Origin: an uncultured bacterium
Lineage (GTDB): Bacteria > CSSED10-310 > CAZUFC01
Assembly (NCBI GenBank): GCA_964619725.1
Contig: CAZUFC010000018.1
Span: forward strand, 397 to 64,396
DNA: 64,000 nt
Reading direction: 5' to 3'
Below the pieces are notes generated by a model. It was not told the origin of the DNA. It worked only from the letters and a program-made list of their open reading frames with translations, and made no database searches. Both the position numbers and the translations under genes were made by a program. Shown here in pieces: positions 21,462 to 33,300 of this stretch (positions are counted from its first letter, which is position 1; each line of letters starts with the position of its first letter).

Positions 21462-23738
21462 ATGAAACTAAATATCCTGTCAAATCGGTCTGTGGTCAAT
21501 GCTGCGTTGAGGTGGATGGTCAGCCTGGCGTTGCTGGTGATGGCGGTGGGGTGTGAACGGGATGACGCAGATCGGGTGAACGAGCCTTCTGCTCCGTCCG
21601 GACTCAATGTGTTGCTTGTGACCTTGGATACGACGCGTGCGGACCGGCTGGGGTGTTATGGATACGATACTGCAGAGACGCCGAACCTGGATAAGCTTGC
21701 GGCCGAGGGCGTACGATTTGATAGGGCGTATGCTCAGGCTCCGCTTACGCTGCCGTCCCATGCCTCTTTGCTCACTGGGAAGTACCCCCCTGAGCTTGGG
21801 ATGCGAATCAACGGGGGCGGGCGTTTGTCCGGCGACATTCCGACGCTGGCAACGGAGTTGAAGGGTGAGGGCTACAGAACCGGGGCGTTCGTGGCAGCGG
21901 CGGTTTTGAGCAAAGCGTACGGACTGGAACGCGGTTTCGATATTTACGACGACGATATGAGTGACACGGGCGCAGGCGTTTTAGTTGCAGAGCGCCCGGG
22001 TGATCAGGTTTGCGACGCAGCGCTTGAATGGCTGGCTGAGTCGCCTGAGGGGCCGTTTTTCGCATGGATACATCTGTTTGATCCACACCATCCATATAAT
22101 CCTCCCGATCCTTATCGTTCGAAATTCTCCGATCCGTATGACGGCGAAATCGCTTTTACGGATGCACAGGTGGGACGGCTGCTGCAACGGCTGCAGGACC
22201 TGAAGTTGACAGACCGTACCCTCGTGGTGGTCGCCGGGGATCACGGGGAGGCATTCGGCGAGCATCAGGAAAAGCAGCACGGACTGTTCGTTTATGAATC
22301 GACCATGCGAGTGCCGCTTATCGTTGTTAGTCCAAAAAGCGTGCAGGTTGGTCTGGTGATTGACGGCGTAGTAGAATTGGTGGATATCATGCCGACGGTT
22401 CTAGAACTGGCGGGTATGAAGGATGTACCGGAGGTTTCGGGTCAGAGCCTGGTTGCAGCGATGCGGGACCCGGCATCAGCGGTCGGTCAGTATGCGTATG
22501 GGGAATCGCAGTATCCGCGCATGAGCTTTGGGTGGGCATCTTTGGTAAGTTTGACTTCTGATCGATGGAAGTACATCAGAGCCCCACGGCAGGAGCTATA
22601 TGACCTGCGGGCTGATCCGAGCGAGGAGGAGAACATCATAGCGGATTACGCTGAAGTGGCGTCCGATCTTGACTGCCGACTGCAGAGGATGCTTGAGATG
22701 ATGGAGGTTCAGGAGGCTTCGTCCGTTGACCGGAACGCGGAATCTCTCGCCCAATTGCAGGCCCTGGGGTATGTCGGCGGAACGTCGAATAATGTCGGCG
22801 ATGATGAGAACGGCCGTGATCCGAAGGACATGGTCGTTGTGTATCGTGGGCTGATGCAAGCGCGCGACGCGCTTCAGCGCAGGCGATATGATGACGTGAC
22901 CGAGATCATCGAACCGCTGATTGAGCAAAGTCCGGAGTCTGACGCGCTCTATGCGCCGTTGGGTGCGGCATTTCTGCGGTTGGGGCGCTTTGAGGATGCC
23001 CGGCATGCTTACTCGATGAGTTTGCGGCGGGATAATGACCATCCCGGAAACCTGTGCGGCCTGGGAGACTCCTTGCGACAGTCGGGGCGAGTGGATGAAG
23101 CCATTTTGGTCTACGAACAAGCGCTGGCGGCGTGGCCGAACTACGGGCAAGCACACAGCCGGCTGGGGCTGATAAGGGCGCAACAGGGGGACCACGCCGA
23201 AGCGCTCGAACATTTTCGTCGATTTGCGGAGCTGAATCCCTCCTCGCCCAACGCACACACAAACCTGGCTAATGCTTTGATGGCTGTGCAGCAGGCGGAT
23301 AAGGCAGTGCATGAGCTAGAGATTGCCCTGGAGCTGTCTCCTGACTACGAGCCTGCGCTGCGGATATATTGGTACTATCTTTGGTCGACCGGTCGGCGCA
23401 AGAAGGCGGCGGCAGCTCTACGGCGGGCCTGCAAAGCATTTCCGCAGGACGGCGAGTTGTGGCTTAATCTGACCCGGGTGCTGGCAACGGCTCCCGGTTT
23501 GAGAAGCGGGCTTGACGAGGCGGTGCAGACAGGAGAACGGACCGTTAAGCTTCAACCCAATGATCCTGTGGCGCTGGATACCCTGGGTATAGTCTATGCG
23601 CAGGCGGGTCGGTTCGAAAAGGCGATCCGACTCGCAGTGCGTGCGGAAAACCTGGCCCGTGCCGCGGGGAACGATGAATTCGCTGAAGAGATTCTGTCCA
23701 GATTGCAGCGATATCGCGAGCAAAAGCCTCTGCCGTAG
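21462..23738 (+). CDS. Sulfatase-like (Thr-type) lipoprotein with C-terminal TPR repeats
   Basis: AVGC lipobox; TLDTTRAD, PLTLPSH, HLFDPH, GDHGE and LQALGY; TPRs in the last ~300 aa. Confidence 0.9.
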   Translation: MKLNILSNRSVVNAALRWMVSLALLVMAVGCERDDADRVNEPSAPSGLNVLLVTLDTTRADRLGCYGYDTAETPNLDKLAAEGVRFDRAYAQAPLTLPSHASLLTGKYPPELGMRINGGGRLSGDIPTLATELKGEGYRTGAFVAAAVLSKAYGLERGFDIYDDDMSDTGAGVLVAERPGDQVCDAALEWLAESPEGPFFAWIHLFDPHHPYNPPDPYRSKFSDPYDGEIAFTDAQVGRLLQRLQDLKLTDRTLVVVAGDHGEAFGEHQEKQHGLFVYESTMRVPLIVVSPKSVQVGLVIDGVVELVDIMPTVLELAGMKDVPEVSGQSLVAAMRDPASAVGQYAYGESQYPRMSFGWASLVSLTSDRWKYIRAPRQELYDLRADPSEEENIIADYAEVASDLDCRLQRMLEMMEVQEASSVDRNAESLAQLQALGYVGGTSNNVGDDENGRDPKDMVVVYRGLMQARDALQRRRYDDVTEIIEPLIEQSPESDALYAPLGAAFLRLGRFEDARHAYSMSLRRDNDHPGNLCGLGDSLRQSGRVDEAILVYEQALAAWPNYGQAHSRLGLIRAQQGDHAEALEHFRRFAELNPSSPNAHTNLANALMAVQQADKAVHELEIALELSPDYEPALRIYWYYLWSTGRRKKAAAALRRACKAFPQDGELWLNLTRVLATAPGLRSGLDEAVQTGERTVKLQPNDPVALDTLGIVYAQAGRFEKAIRLAVRAENLARAAGNDEFAEEILSRLQRYREQKPLP

Positions 23739-23988
23739 AACTATTTGAGTGACCGGTTAAAAACGCCTCCTGATGCGTCAGGGATGCGCTCTACCCTCCC
23801 ATTGCCGCTAGGATAAGGCTTGTTTTTATTTCCAGTAACCATTGCCGGGTTTTGGCCGGCTCGGTTAGGTCGGGATTGTTTTGTTCGTTTTGAGCCTTTT
23901 CCTTTGATTCGGATGCTGGATGGCTGATCATGGTTGCTTTTACGGCTTTTTTTAAGTGACTGATCAGATGAAGGTAATAAATCAGAGA

Positions 23989-24166
23989 GGCCTGATCAAA
24001 CCGTAGCTGCTCTTTTTTCAAAACTTTTAACAGTGTGTTTCGGTGTCGGAGGCGCAGCAAAATGATTAAGAGGAGATATGTGTTGTCCTCATCATATTTA
24101 CAAAGTTCTTAATTATTCAAGGCTTCGAAAATCGTAACCTCAAAGACGCATTTTTGATCAATGCCC
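23989..24166 (-). mobile_element. TGATCA-ended MITE-like repeat
   Basis: GGCCTGATCAAACCG...GTAACCTCAAAGACGCATTTTTGATCAATGCCC. Confidence 0.75.
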
Positions 24167-24217
24167 CTTTTGCAGAAAAAACAATCGTTTGAACGAAGCG
24201 GCAGGATAGGGATTTCT

Positions 24218-27200
24218 TTAAAAGCGCTCCTTATTCATCGCCGGTGAAAACACAGGAGTTGTCGTCGGTTTAGCGATCACTGACGGAGCGGCATAACTGC
24301 AATCGTAAGTGAATATGCCGTCCTCCGGCCTGAAATAGCGAATTTGATCCACCGGGTTGGATATGATGACGGCGGATTCATCGCCGTAAAAGCAGTCGAC
24401 ACAGACGACTTCGAACGTAATGACTGCAAACGAACCGTTTAATTCGGGAGTAATCGCTGCATAGGGATCGAAGGCGCCTGTTCTGAGATGCCCCGGGGAC
24501 GTTCTGTTGCATATGAACCAGTTCCATGTTGAATTTAACTCGCCTTTACGGCAGGATATGAACTTCAGCATTTGAGGATCATAAAAAAGATCGAATCCTG
24601 CGGCATGAACAGTGTGTTCGTTGCTGCGAATCATCACGGGAACATCAATCAAGTCTCCTGCGCAGCCTCTGATATCGTTGATGAAGAGTTTTCCCCTATT
24701 GTGAGAAAAATGCGGTTGATCGTCATAGCGTCCCAGGTCGATGTTTTTAAACGGTCCTATGGCATCGACGCATTCGCAGTCCAGCATGACGTAATTCCAC
24801 AGGATGCACTGAGCATCTCCAGGCGTTACGGCGGCATTGCCGTCGCAATCAGCGGAACAAAACTCTTCAAATGTCGGCTCCGGCATATCTTGCAGATAGA
24901 TGTTGAATGCGTGGAGGCCGTCACCCGGCGTCAATTCTCCGTTATTGTCTACATCGCCGTCGTTCCGGCAATCGGGAGGACAGGGAACGCCCTGACTGCT
25001 GCTTAACCACGGATCATACAGCACATCGCCCCATACTTCGTCGCCGCTTCCTGTTCCGAGGCCGGACGGTCCGTCGGAAGCGCCCCAGTAGTTGAAGTCT
25101 GCCTGGAAAGTTCCGCCTGAAGCGTTGGAATCTGCCGTCAGTCCGTATAAGACATTATTTTGTATATTGTTATATTCCGCATAGCCGTCCGGAATGGGAT
25201 AAGGTCCTCCGTATTCACCGCTGCCTCCAAACAGAAAAATGCCCTGTGCGTTACCGGTCACGTCGTTGCAAACGCATATCAATTCGGAGATGTCCCATAA
25301 ACGGAACGCCTGCCCTTCGCCGCCTTCACCTGACGATACGTTGTTTACGCTGTTGTGATGCAATTCGACCGCACCGGCGTGATTGATTTCCAGGGCCGCA
25401 TAATGCTGACCGGTTTGCCCCTGGTTTCCGCCGATATCGCTCCAAACGTTATCGTAACATTCAACCAGGTCGGTCAGGTCGGAATAATCGCCGCGGAGAG
25501 CGACAACGCCGTTGCAGTCATGGATGTAGTTCCCTGCGAAAAGGATTGTCGCGACAGGCAGTTCATTTTCACCGGTGAATCCCGGATTCACAGGGTCCAT
25601 GTCCATGACCGCGCTTCCGAGAATGTTCCTGAATTCCGTATTCGTTACAGCGAATGAATCACCCAGCTTGTTGCCGTATATCCCATGACGGTCTGCAGCA
25701 TTATGGCCGTCTAATACGCACTCGTCCATAACGAAATCCCGGACAGCGCCGGTATTCGTCATGCTGATGATACAGTCAGAACCCGCATCGCCTTCAATAT
25801 GCAGGTATTCGAGATAAAGTCCGGAAAGATTTCCGGCATTCTGGAACAAAATTCCGCCTGAAATAACCGGCAGACCGGCCGCCTCGCCTGAAATAAGCAG
25901 ATTGTCCTTGTTAAAATCAGACTCGAATGTAACGGTCTCGTCGTAAATGCCGGAATTAACTCTTATTTCACCCCCGTACGCAACCGCCTCCAGCGCCTCC
26001 TGGACACCGGCGAAAGCATCGTAACCGAAAACATGGCCGTCGACGATGTCCCCTGGTTCGCTTCCCGCCCAGTCGTCGTCCACCCACACCAGGTTTGGCT
26101 GCGGGGATGGACTGGGTGAGGGGGTATACGTCGGGCTGCTGCTCGGAGTCCTGGTCGGCGTCAGCGTGGGCGTTCTTGTCGGAGTAAGCGTCAGGGTTCT
26201 CGTGGGGGTATTGGAAGGCGTCAGCGTATGAGTCGATGTCGGAGAGGGCGTCATAGTTGGAGTCAGGACGACTGTCGGTGTCGGTTGAACGTCTCCGTAA
26301 GGACCGTCCGGCGGAGTGAAATCTGTCGTCCATCTCGCCAATCCCTTCGTAATGCGAATCTCGTCGAGGTGACCATCTAAAAATTGGGACTCATATACAT
26401 TGCTTCCGATGAACAGGTCATCAGAATTATTATTGATCACGCCGGAAAAGGTTCCATTGTCATCTTCGTGTCCGTCTATGAACAAATATACATCTGTCGC
26501 TGATTTTGCTCCGGCGACGTGATGCCATTCCCCGTCATTTAACGACCCGGAACTCGTTAGGGCAAAATAAGGCAGCCCCCCGTCGTCGTCCAGGCTGAAT
26601 TCTATTGTACCATGATAGATTCTGAACTGCCAGGACCTTTCCTGCTCCTCCCATCTCCATTGCCCGATAATTTTGTTGTCGGGTTGAGATGCCGTAGTCC
26701 TGATCCAGAAATCGACCGTAAAATCGCCGCTGCCGAAGTCCCAGTCTATGCTGTCAGGAATACGAAGATAATCGCCGGTTCCGTCGAAACAGATGGAACT
26801 CTGGGAAAATTTTGCATAGTCAGTATCATGCTGGGCATCGCCATAAGGGGTTATAGGATGAGGTTCGGATGCCCCCAGCGAAGCATCCTGGAACCCTGTT
26901 GCTCCGTCCGTATGATTGGAATGGATCAACAATACGGTATAAGCGTCATTGCCGTTTCCAGGCAACGTAGGAGACGGACTCGGCGTTAAGGTTGGCGTCA
27001 TAGTCGGCGTCGACGTGGGCGTTAAAGTTGCGGTAGGAGAATGCGTCGGCGTCGACGTGGGCGTTAAAGTTGCGGTAGGAAAATGCGTCGGCGTATGGGT
27101 CGGGGTAAAAGTGGCCTGCGATTCACCGTAAGGTCCCGTGGGCGGAATAAATTCTTCGGTCCATCGAGCCATTCCTTTGCTTATGCGTATTTCGTCCAGG

Positions 27201-28621
27201 TAACCGGTATAATGCTCGCTCCCGTATACATTGCTGCCGATGTAAAGGTCTGCCGTATTGTTGTTGACGTTCCCGGAAAACGTCCCGCTGCTCGCTTCCT
27301 GTCCGTCGATGAATAAGTATACGTCGTCTCCCGATTTGACGCCGGCCACATGATGCCATTGCCCGTCATTCATATTGCTGCCGGACAACAGGGAAAAATA
27401 GGGCGCTGAACCGTTATCGTCCAGCGAGAATTCTATTCTGTTGTTTGCCAGTCTCAGTTGCCATGATCTTTCGAGTCCCTCCCATTCCCATTGACCGATA
27501 ATCTTACTGTTGGATTGCGAAACCGTGTCTCTCATCCAGAAATCGATCGTGAAATCGCTGCTGTCAAAATTCCAGTCTTCGCTGTCAGGAATAGTCAAGC
27601 AATCGCCGCTGCCGTCGAAGCATATCGAACTCTGCCCGAATTTAGATATATCCGTCGAATGATGCACATCCCCAACGGGCGTAATCGGATGCGGTTCCGT
27701 CGCGCCGTAGGCATCGTCGACGAAGACCGTCGAACCGTCGCCATCGTCTGAGTGGATCAGCAGTACGGTATTGGAGTCGTTGCCGTATCCGGGCGCTGTC
27801 GGGGTCGATGTGGGCGTTCTGGTGGGCGTCATGGTGGGCGTTGCGGTTGATTGCGGTTGACCATAGGGTCCTGTCGGCGGCGTGAATTCGGAAGTCCACC
27901 TGGCTATGCCTTTAGTGATGCGAATTTCATCAATATAACCGTTGAACGCGTAGCTTGTCTGCCAACCGTCTATGCCTATCATAGCGCCGCCGCCGTCCTC
28001 GATTACGGATGCTCCTATATCGGTCGTTCCTACTGAAACGCCGTCCAAATACAACGTTACCGTCGACCCATACCTCACCACAGCCACATGCTGCCACACG
28101 CCCGTCACCAGCGACACACTCGATCTCACATCCGTCCAGTTTCCTCCTATTCTCATGATCGCCGTCAGTCGTCCCCCGAACCCGTCATGCCTCGCATACA
28201 GGTTTACGCCTTTCGCTTCACCCAATACTCGCATCCCCATTATGCCGTCCTTGTCGCCTACATAATTGGGAAATACCCAGCAATCCATCGTAAAATCAGC
28301 GTTCCCGAAATTCCAGTCATCGCTGTCGGGGATGCTCAAATAATCGCCGGTTCCGTCGAAATAAATCGAGCTCTGACCGAATTTCGATTCATCCGTGGAA
28401 TGATGAGCGGTTCCCGACGCCGTGATTACATGAGTCTCCCCCGCTCCGTACGCATCGTTGACGAATGTCGTCGAACCGTCAGGTTCGTCTGAATGAATCA
28501 AAAGCTTTGTATACTGATCGTTACCGTCCCCCATTACACATGGAGATGAAATCAATCCTGCGATTAAAATAAAAAAAATTGAAAAAAATGACCTTTTTGA
28601 CGATGCGATCATCAACTTCAT
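24218..28621 (-). CDS. Secreted protein: 3x LamG/concanavalin-like + PT linkers + beta-helix + dockerin-like + cohesin-like
   Basis: Three LLIHS...FT(M/I/V)D.W...WHHVA...IDEIRI(T/S)KG repeats. DGDVDNNGELTPGD / ADCDGNAAVTPGD EF-hand pair. DVPV...GFDLFYDP..L.F cohesin-like strands. Signal peptide. Confidence 0.85.
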   Translation of the reverse strand: MKLMIASSKRSFFSIFFILIAGLISSPCVMGDGNDQYTKLLIHSDEPDGSTTFVNDAYGAGETHVITASGTAHHSTDESKFGQSSIYFDGTGDYLSIPDSDDWNFGNADFTMDCWVFPNYVGDKDGIMGMRVLGEAKGVNLYARHDGFGGRLTAIMRIGGNWTDVRSSVSLVTGVWQHVAVVRYGSTVTLYLDGVSVGTTDIGASVIEDGGGAMIGIDGWQTSYAFNGYIDEIRITKGIARWTSEFTPPTGPYGQPQSTATPTMTPTRTPTSTPTAPGYGNDSNTVLLIHSDDGDGSTVFVDDAYGATEPHPITPVGDVHHSTDISKFGQSSICFDGSGDCLTIPDSEDWNFDSSDFTIDFWMRDTVSQSNSKIIGQWEWEGLERSWQLRLANNRIEFSLDDNGSAPYFSLLSGSNMNDGQWHHVAGVKSGDDVYLFIDGQEASSGTFSGNVNNNTADLYIGSNVYGSEHYTGYLDEIRISKGMARWTEEFIPPTGPYGESQATFTPTHTPTHFPTATLTPTSTPTHSPTATLTPTSTPTMTPTLTPSPSPTLPGNGNDAYTVLLIHSNHTDGATGFQDASLGASEPHPITPYGDAQHDTDYAKFSQSSICFDGTGDYLRIPDSIDWDFGSGDFTVDFWIRTTASQPDNKIIGQWRWEEQERSWQFRIYHGTIEFSLDDDGGLPYFALTSSGSLNDGEWHHVAGAKSATDVYLFIDGHEDDNGTFSGVINNNSDDLFIGSNVYESQFLDGHLDEIRITKGLARWTTDFTPPDGPYGDVQPTPTVVLTPTMTPSPTSTHTLTPSNTPTRTLTLTPTRTPTLTPTRTPSSSPTYTPSPSPSPQPNLVWVDDDWAGSEPGDIVDGHVFGYDAFAGVQEALEAVAYGGEIRVNSGIYDETVTFESDFNKDNLLISGEAAGLPVISGGILFQNAGNLSGLYLEYLHIEGDAGSDCIISMTNTGAVRDFVMDECVLDGHNAADRHGIYGNKLGDSFAVTNTEFRNILGSAVMDMDPVNPGFTGENELPVATILFAGNYIHDCNGVVALRGDYSDLTDLVECYDNVWSDIGGNQGQTGQHYAALEINHAGAVELHHNSVNNVSSGEGGEGQAFRLWDISELICVCNDVTGNAQGIFLFGGSGEYGGPYPIPDGYAEYNNIQNNVLYGLTADSNASGGTFQADFNYWGASDGPSGLGTGSGDEVWGDVLYDPWLSSSQGVPCPPDCRNDGDVDNNGELTPGDGLHAFNIYLQDMPEPTFEEFCSADCDGNAAVTPGDAQCILWNYVMLDCECVDAIGPFKNIDLGRYDDQPHFSHNRGKLFINDIRGCAGDLIDVPVMIRSNEHTVHAAGFDLFYDPQMLKFISCRKGELNSTWNWFICNRTSPGHLRTGAFDPYAAITPELNGSFAVITFEVVCVDCFYGDESAVIISNPVDQIRYFRPEDGIFTYDCSYAAPSVIAKPTTTPVFSPAMNKERF

Positions 28622-29003
28622 CCTTCCCCCCTTCATCAAAACCGGCGCCTCGCTCCAAAACGGCATCGTTGAATCAATGGCTCCTCCACAGTTACGACCG
28701 GCCGTGCAAAAAAAATAAAGAATTCGACACGATCAACAAAGACTTGACGCTTAAATTCACAAGCTGTTCATCGCCTTTTAACCCTTACAGTTTAATGCTT
28801 AATCTATTAACAGTCAAACGGCGTTCGGGATGAAGCTGATTAAGACCGGGAAATGGATGGAACAGCCGGGGACGCCGGGGCAATATGCGGATATTTGCGG
28901 CAAGGAAATTTCCGAAGGGCGCTGACCCCAAAAAAAATAGCCGGACTCTCGTTCGGCTCCCTTTTCCTGTCTATTTCGTTTCTGCACCGAAACCGGTTCA
29001 ACT

Positions 29004-29862
29004 GTGAATAGGTCCCGCATAGACAACGACAAAGAATTTATATTTACCCTCACCTCCACGACTGCTGCGCCGCTCCGCCCAAATTGCGCTGCAACTCCTT
29101 CACGAATACACAGCCGTTACCAAAGACATCCGGAAGATATTTCGACAGCAGATTTTCCAGTCCGATTATGTATTAATATTCGAAAATTATTCTGCGACAA
29201 TGAGCAGTGTCGTTATAGGATATTCACTGAAAAAATACCGTTCCTTTTGAATTCATACTAACGACTAACAAATGGATTATTACAGCAGGCATTACATGAG
29301 GCATTTGCTCTTGGCGGCGAAGCCGGCTCCCGGCTTCTCGAAATTCTGGGTATATCGATTAGTCCGGACACGCTTATTCGCCTTATCCGCCGCTTTCCTG
29401 ATCCTGTCTTTCCAACGCCTCGTGTTTTGGGTGTCGATGATTGGGCCAAAAGCAAAGGACAAACCTATGGGACATTGTTGGTTGATTTGGAGAAAAGACG
29501 TGTCGCGGATGTTTTGCCCGACAGATCGGCAGAAACTTTGAAGAAATGGCTTATTGACCATCCATGCATAGAAGTCGTCAGCCGGGACCGCGGAACGGAA
29601 TACAGTAAAGGAGCGACAGAAGGCGCTCCTAATGCCGAGCAGGTGTCGGATCGTCGGCATTTATTGAAGAATTTACGAGAAGCCATCGAGCGTGTCCTTC
29701 AAACAAAGGTTTCTTTTTTACAAGTAGTTCCGGTGAATGAAGAATACGAGACCAATTGTTCCGGCGCTTCACCGCCCGGACAGGACAAACCGGCAGTTGA
29801 AAATGAGGATGCCGCAAATGACAATATACAGGGATTTGAAATGCGTAATCCGACAATTAAAA
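29004..29862 (+). mobile_element. ISL3-family transposase relic (nonsense stop at 29259, 3' truncated)
   Basis: zf-ISL3-like SRIHSRYQR...FC.N.QC.YRIFTE, then LGVDDWA..KG.TYGTLLVDLE, VVSRDR and QVSDRRHLLKNL in a single frame. Confidence 0.9.
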
Positions 29863-29930
29863 TTATCCTAATGCCAATACAATGAATGGAGAGGGGGAGT
29901 AAGATTGGGTTATTTTGGGGCGGGTTAGGG
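29863..29930. repeat. End of TTATCCTAAT element fused to the right half of a REP palindrome
   Basis: TTATCCTAATGCCAATAC + AATGAATG + GAGAGGGGGAGTAAGATTGGGTTATTTT (reverse complement of the REP at 194-239). Confidence 0.8.
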
Positions 29931-30165
29931 GATTTCGATCAGTCAAAGGTTTCATGGAAAAGTCCACATTTCGGGTTAACAATAGGCAGCTTGCTTGATT
30001 AGGAGTATTTACGAACAGATTTGTTCTCCCATTACGCTATTATATCCGCCAAGTCGGGAATTTACTTTGCTCCTAAAATAGCAGCATTTGTCGCCCTCCT
30101 TGTAAAAACCGCAACATATGGCAGGAGTGACAAATGTCACTATCTTCGGAGCTTAAGCGATTTTT

Positions 30166-30314
30166 GGGAATTGATCAAAAATGCGTCTTTTGGGATTACG
30201 ATTCTACAGAATATCCCATCATTTTGTTTCGATCCCGACCCCGATAGCGACCCCGATTATTGAAACAAAATGTCAAACGTTTTTAAAGAAGAGTAACCAC
30301 GGTTTGATCAGCCC
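30166..30314 (+). mobile_element. TGATCA-ended MITE-like repeat
   Basis: GGGAATTGATCAAAAATGCGTCTTTTG...GTAACCACGGTTTGATCAGCCC. Confidence 0.85.
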
Positions 30315-30320
30315 AAGAGT

Positions 30321-33300
30321 TTACCGTTTAAACCGTGCGGCCTGGGCTCCCAGGAGTATGCCCAGTAATGTCATTATCAGGATTTTACCGGTTGAAGAAA
30401 ATGACGGTACGGGTTGAGGTTCCGGCGTATGAGTCACTGTCGGCGTAAACGTGAGAGTTGGTGAAGTGGTCGGGGTTATTGAGGGAGTATTTGTCGGAAC
30501 AGTAGTGGGCGTCAAAGACGGTCTTTCGGTGGGAGTATGAGAAGGGACGGCGGTTGGCGTTTTTGTAGACGAGGCGCTGGGCGTTGGGGAAGATGTGGGA
30601 TACGGCGTAGATGTCTGCGTTGCCGTGACAGTCGGTGAAGGCGTCGGTTGAGAACTCATCAGGAAATCTACGGCATTTTCGGCGAATTCCAGCATATCCT
30701 GTTTACCGTCATCATCGGCATCGTCATTATAGAGTCCGGGAATACCTCCGAAAAGGATTGTGCGATCGTCGTTGCCTACTATAATGCCGTGTTGTCCTGT
30801 TTGAGGCGAGGATGTATAACCGCTGACCGCTGTTGCTCCGCTGTAGGCGGTAAAATAGGCGCCGTCGCAATTGCATGTGTCTGAGTTCGTAATCAGCAGG
30901 TCCAATGCATTCGGCGTCGTATAAAGCGGATGGGACGTGCTCCAGCAATGGATATTCAGGGGGGCATAATATTCGCTGATGTAATCGGCATCGAAATGAG
31001 CCGCCAGCGAGTCATCCCAGTCCCAGTAGTTGATGAAACAATATCCGCCGTTATCGACATAATCTTCAATTGCTGCTTTGGCATTGGGACTCAAATATGA
31101 CGAATACTGATCGACTATAACCAGGTCCCAGTCCGTTCCGCCCGTCAGCGCTCCTAGGAAGTCGGCATCCGTGCCGGTATCCGTGAAGGAGTGTCCCAGG
31201 TTGGACAATGCGGGCGGGAAATATTCGATGCTGCCGCCGCAGGAGCCGCTTAGCAGCAATATATCCAGGTTGGGATCGGCTGTCGGCGTACGAGTCGGCG
31301 TATTGGTAGGAGGCGTTGTTGGCGTTTTGGTGGGGGTTTGCGTCGGTCCCGTGGGGGAAAGCGTAGGGGTTTCGAAAGAACAGGGAGCAGCGACGTAAAC
31401 CAGCACGTCGTCAATATTCCAGCCGCAATAGGTTACGCTGCTGTCTGTGGTTCCCATCACCCATCTGATTTGCACTGCGGAGTGACCGGCTGCCTGCGCG
31501 GATATGTCGTATTCTTCAAGTTTCCATTCAGTGTCCTGCAGGGACGTCGAAGGATTTTCCCACAACGGGGTCCAGGAGGAGCCGTCATTTGAAATCTGGA
31601 GCCGGGCATGGTCCCACCGGGAATTTTCCACTCCCAGCCATCGATAATAACTGAACAGGACTTCGGAAGAAGCCGAACAGTCGAAAGCGGGCGTCGTTAA
31701 GAAATATTCAGGCATATAGTTGGTATATTCGCCTTCCAGGTTGTATCCGTAAACATAATCGCCCGTGTAACCCGAATCGGGATCGCCGTCGTTGCCCAGG
31801 GGCGTTCCCCATTCCCAGTCGCCGCCGCTGATGCTCCATCCGGGATTCGCATCCATATTTTCTTCAAAAAGGATCACAAGCTCCCAGGTAACAAAAGAAT
31901 AAAAATCTCCTGAATTATCATCCGTAATTTCGTTTCCTGCTGAATCCGAGGAACTGACCTGAAAATAATAAAGAGTGCAATCATCCAAACCGGTCAATTC
32001 CATAGAATGAGAAGTCGTCATTTCTTCATCTTCAGCCGTATAGCCCAGGGTTTCGTCAGGACCGTATTCCACTTTTGATGAAGCGGCTTCATTAGTCGTC
32101 CAGGTTATGGTAACTGAATTATGCGAGACGTTTGTCGCCTCAACGTTCGTGATAACCGGAGCCGCACAGTCTGCTGCAGCGTTGTCCGTTAAATTCTGGG
32201 GGCCGGAACCGCCGTGATCTTCATCGTAGTAGCGGACCTCGATTTCATCGTTATGAGCGACTTGAAGTATCCCGTCCAGTGTAGGAGAACCTGCCGCAGC
32301 GGATATGGTTCCTTCAAAATGAGCTGTGTTGATTTCCGTTAGGGTCACCGTTTCCCAAATTGTTTCCGTGTCGCTTCCGATCTCGACGTCTACCGTGCCT
32401 TCACCTTCCAGGTCGAGGTCCTCAACAGTAATCAGAATCTGATCGCTGCAGTTATAATAATCGCGGTCCAACGATACGGAGCCTTCGGACGCGGGCCCCG
32501 AACCGGCCAGGGTTACCGTTGATCCGTAATCGGCAGGCCATTCCGCATACTGGGGATGCTCATCGTCCTCATCCATGAATTCCGCGTATGTGTAAGCTTC
32601 ATCCATGGTTATTTCTCCGTCGGCGTTATAATCCGCATCTACGGGAGTCCCATAGGCATCCATCCAGCGTACCGCCGCCGTCCAGTGAAATACATACGTG
32701 TCGTAAACATAGTCCGGGGGCATGGCCCAGGAGTATTCATGGTCATTGGCCGCTGTGGATATGACCCGAGGAACGTCCGAATCCATATTGATCACATCGT
32801 CTATAAAACCGCCGGAAAAACAGGGCTCAAGCGTTAATATGATCTCACGACATGCGATGGGCTCCAGCAGAGCAGCAAATTCATAATCCCATATGACCTC
32901 CCCGTTCCATAAATTCATGGACGTCGGCTGTCCAGGAACGCCAAGCTGTCCGCTGCCGTGGTCCGTAGTGAAAATAAAAAGCGTATCCAGAGAACCCAGC
33001 GAACTTGCCAGATCGTCGAATATCATTTCTAAATTGTCAAATGTGCAGGCATACATGATGTCGTCGTCGCCGTCGCCGTCAAGATCAGGATCGGAACTCG
33101 TCCCCGTCGACTGATCCGCCGCCGGATCTGTCCCGTCAGAAATCGCTGCGATTATATGATCGTCAAGATAACCGTAGACGTTCTTCAATGTCTTGTATAT
33201 CTCCGAACAGTCGTTCCAGTACCGGGGATAATTGGAATAGGAATGAGCCCCTCCGGATAAAATTACCGCCCAGAGATTATCAGGCGACCTGGAATTTTTT

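Noticed and set aside
26300-28510. DGR template/variable repeat pair
   Set aside because: These are ordinary in-frame LamG domain repeats; no adenine-specific mismatch pattern was noticed and there is no reverse transcriptase.
14778-29261. Stop-codon recoding or alternative genetic code
   Set aside because: In-frame stops (TGA and TAA) occur only in decayed S74 and ISL3 relics; housekeeping genes read normally in code 11.
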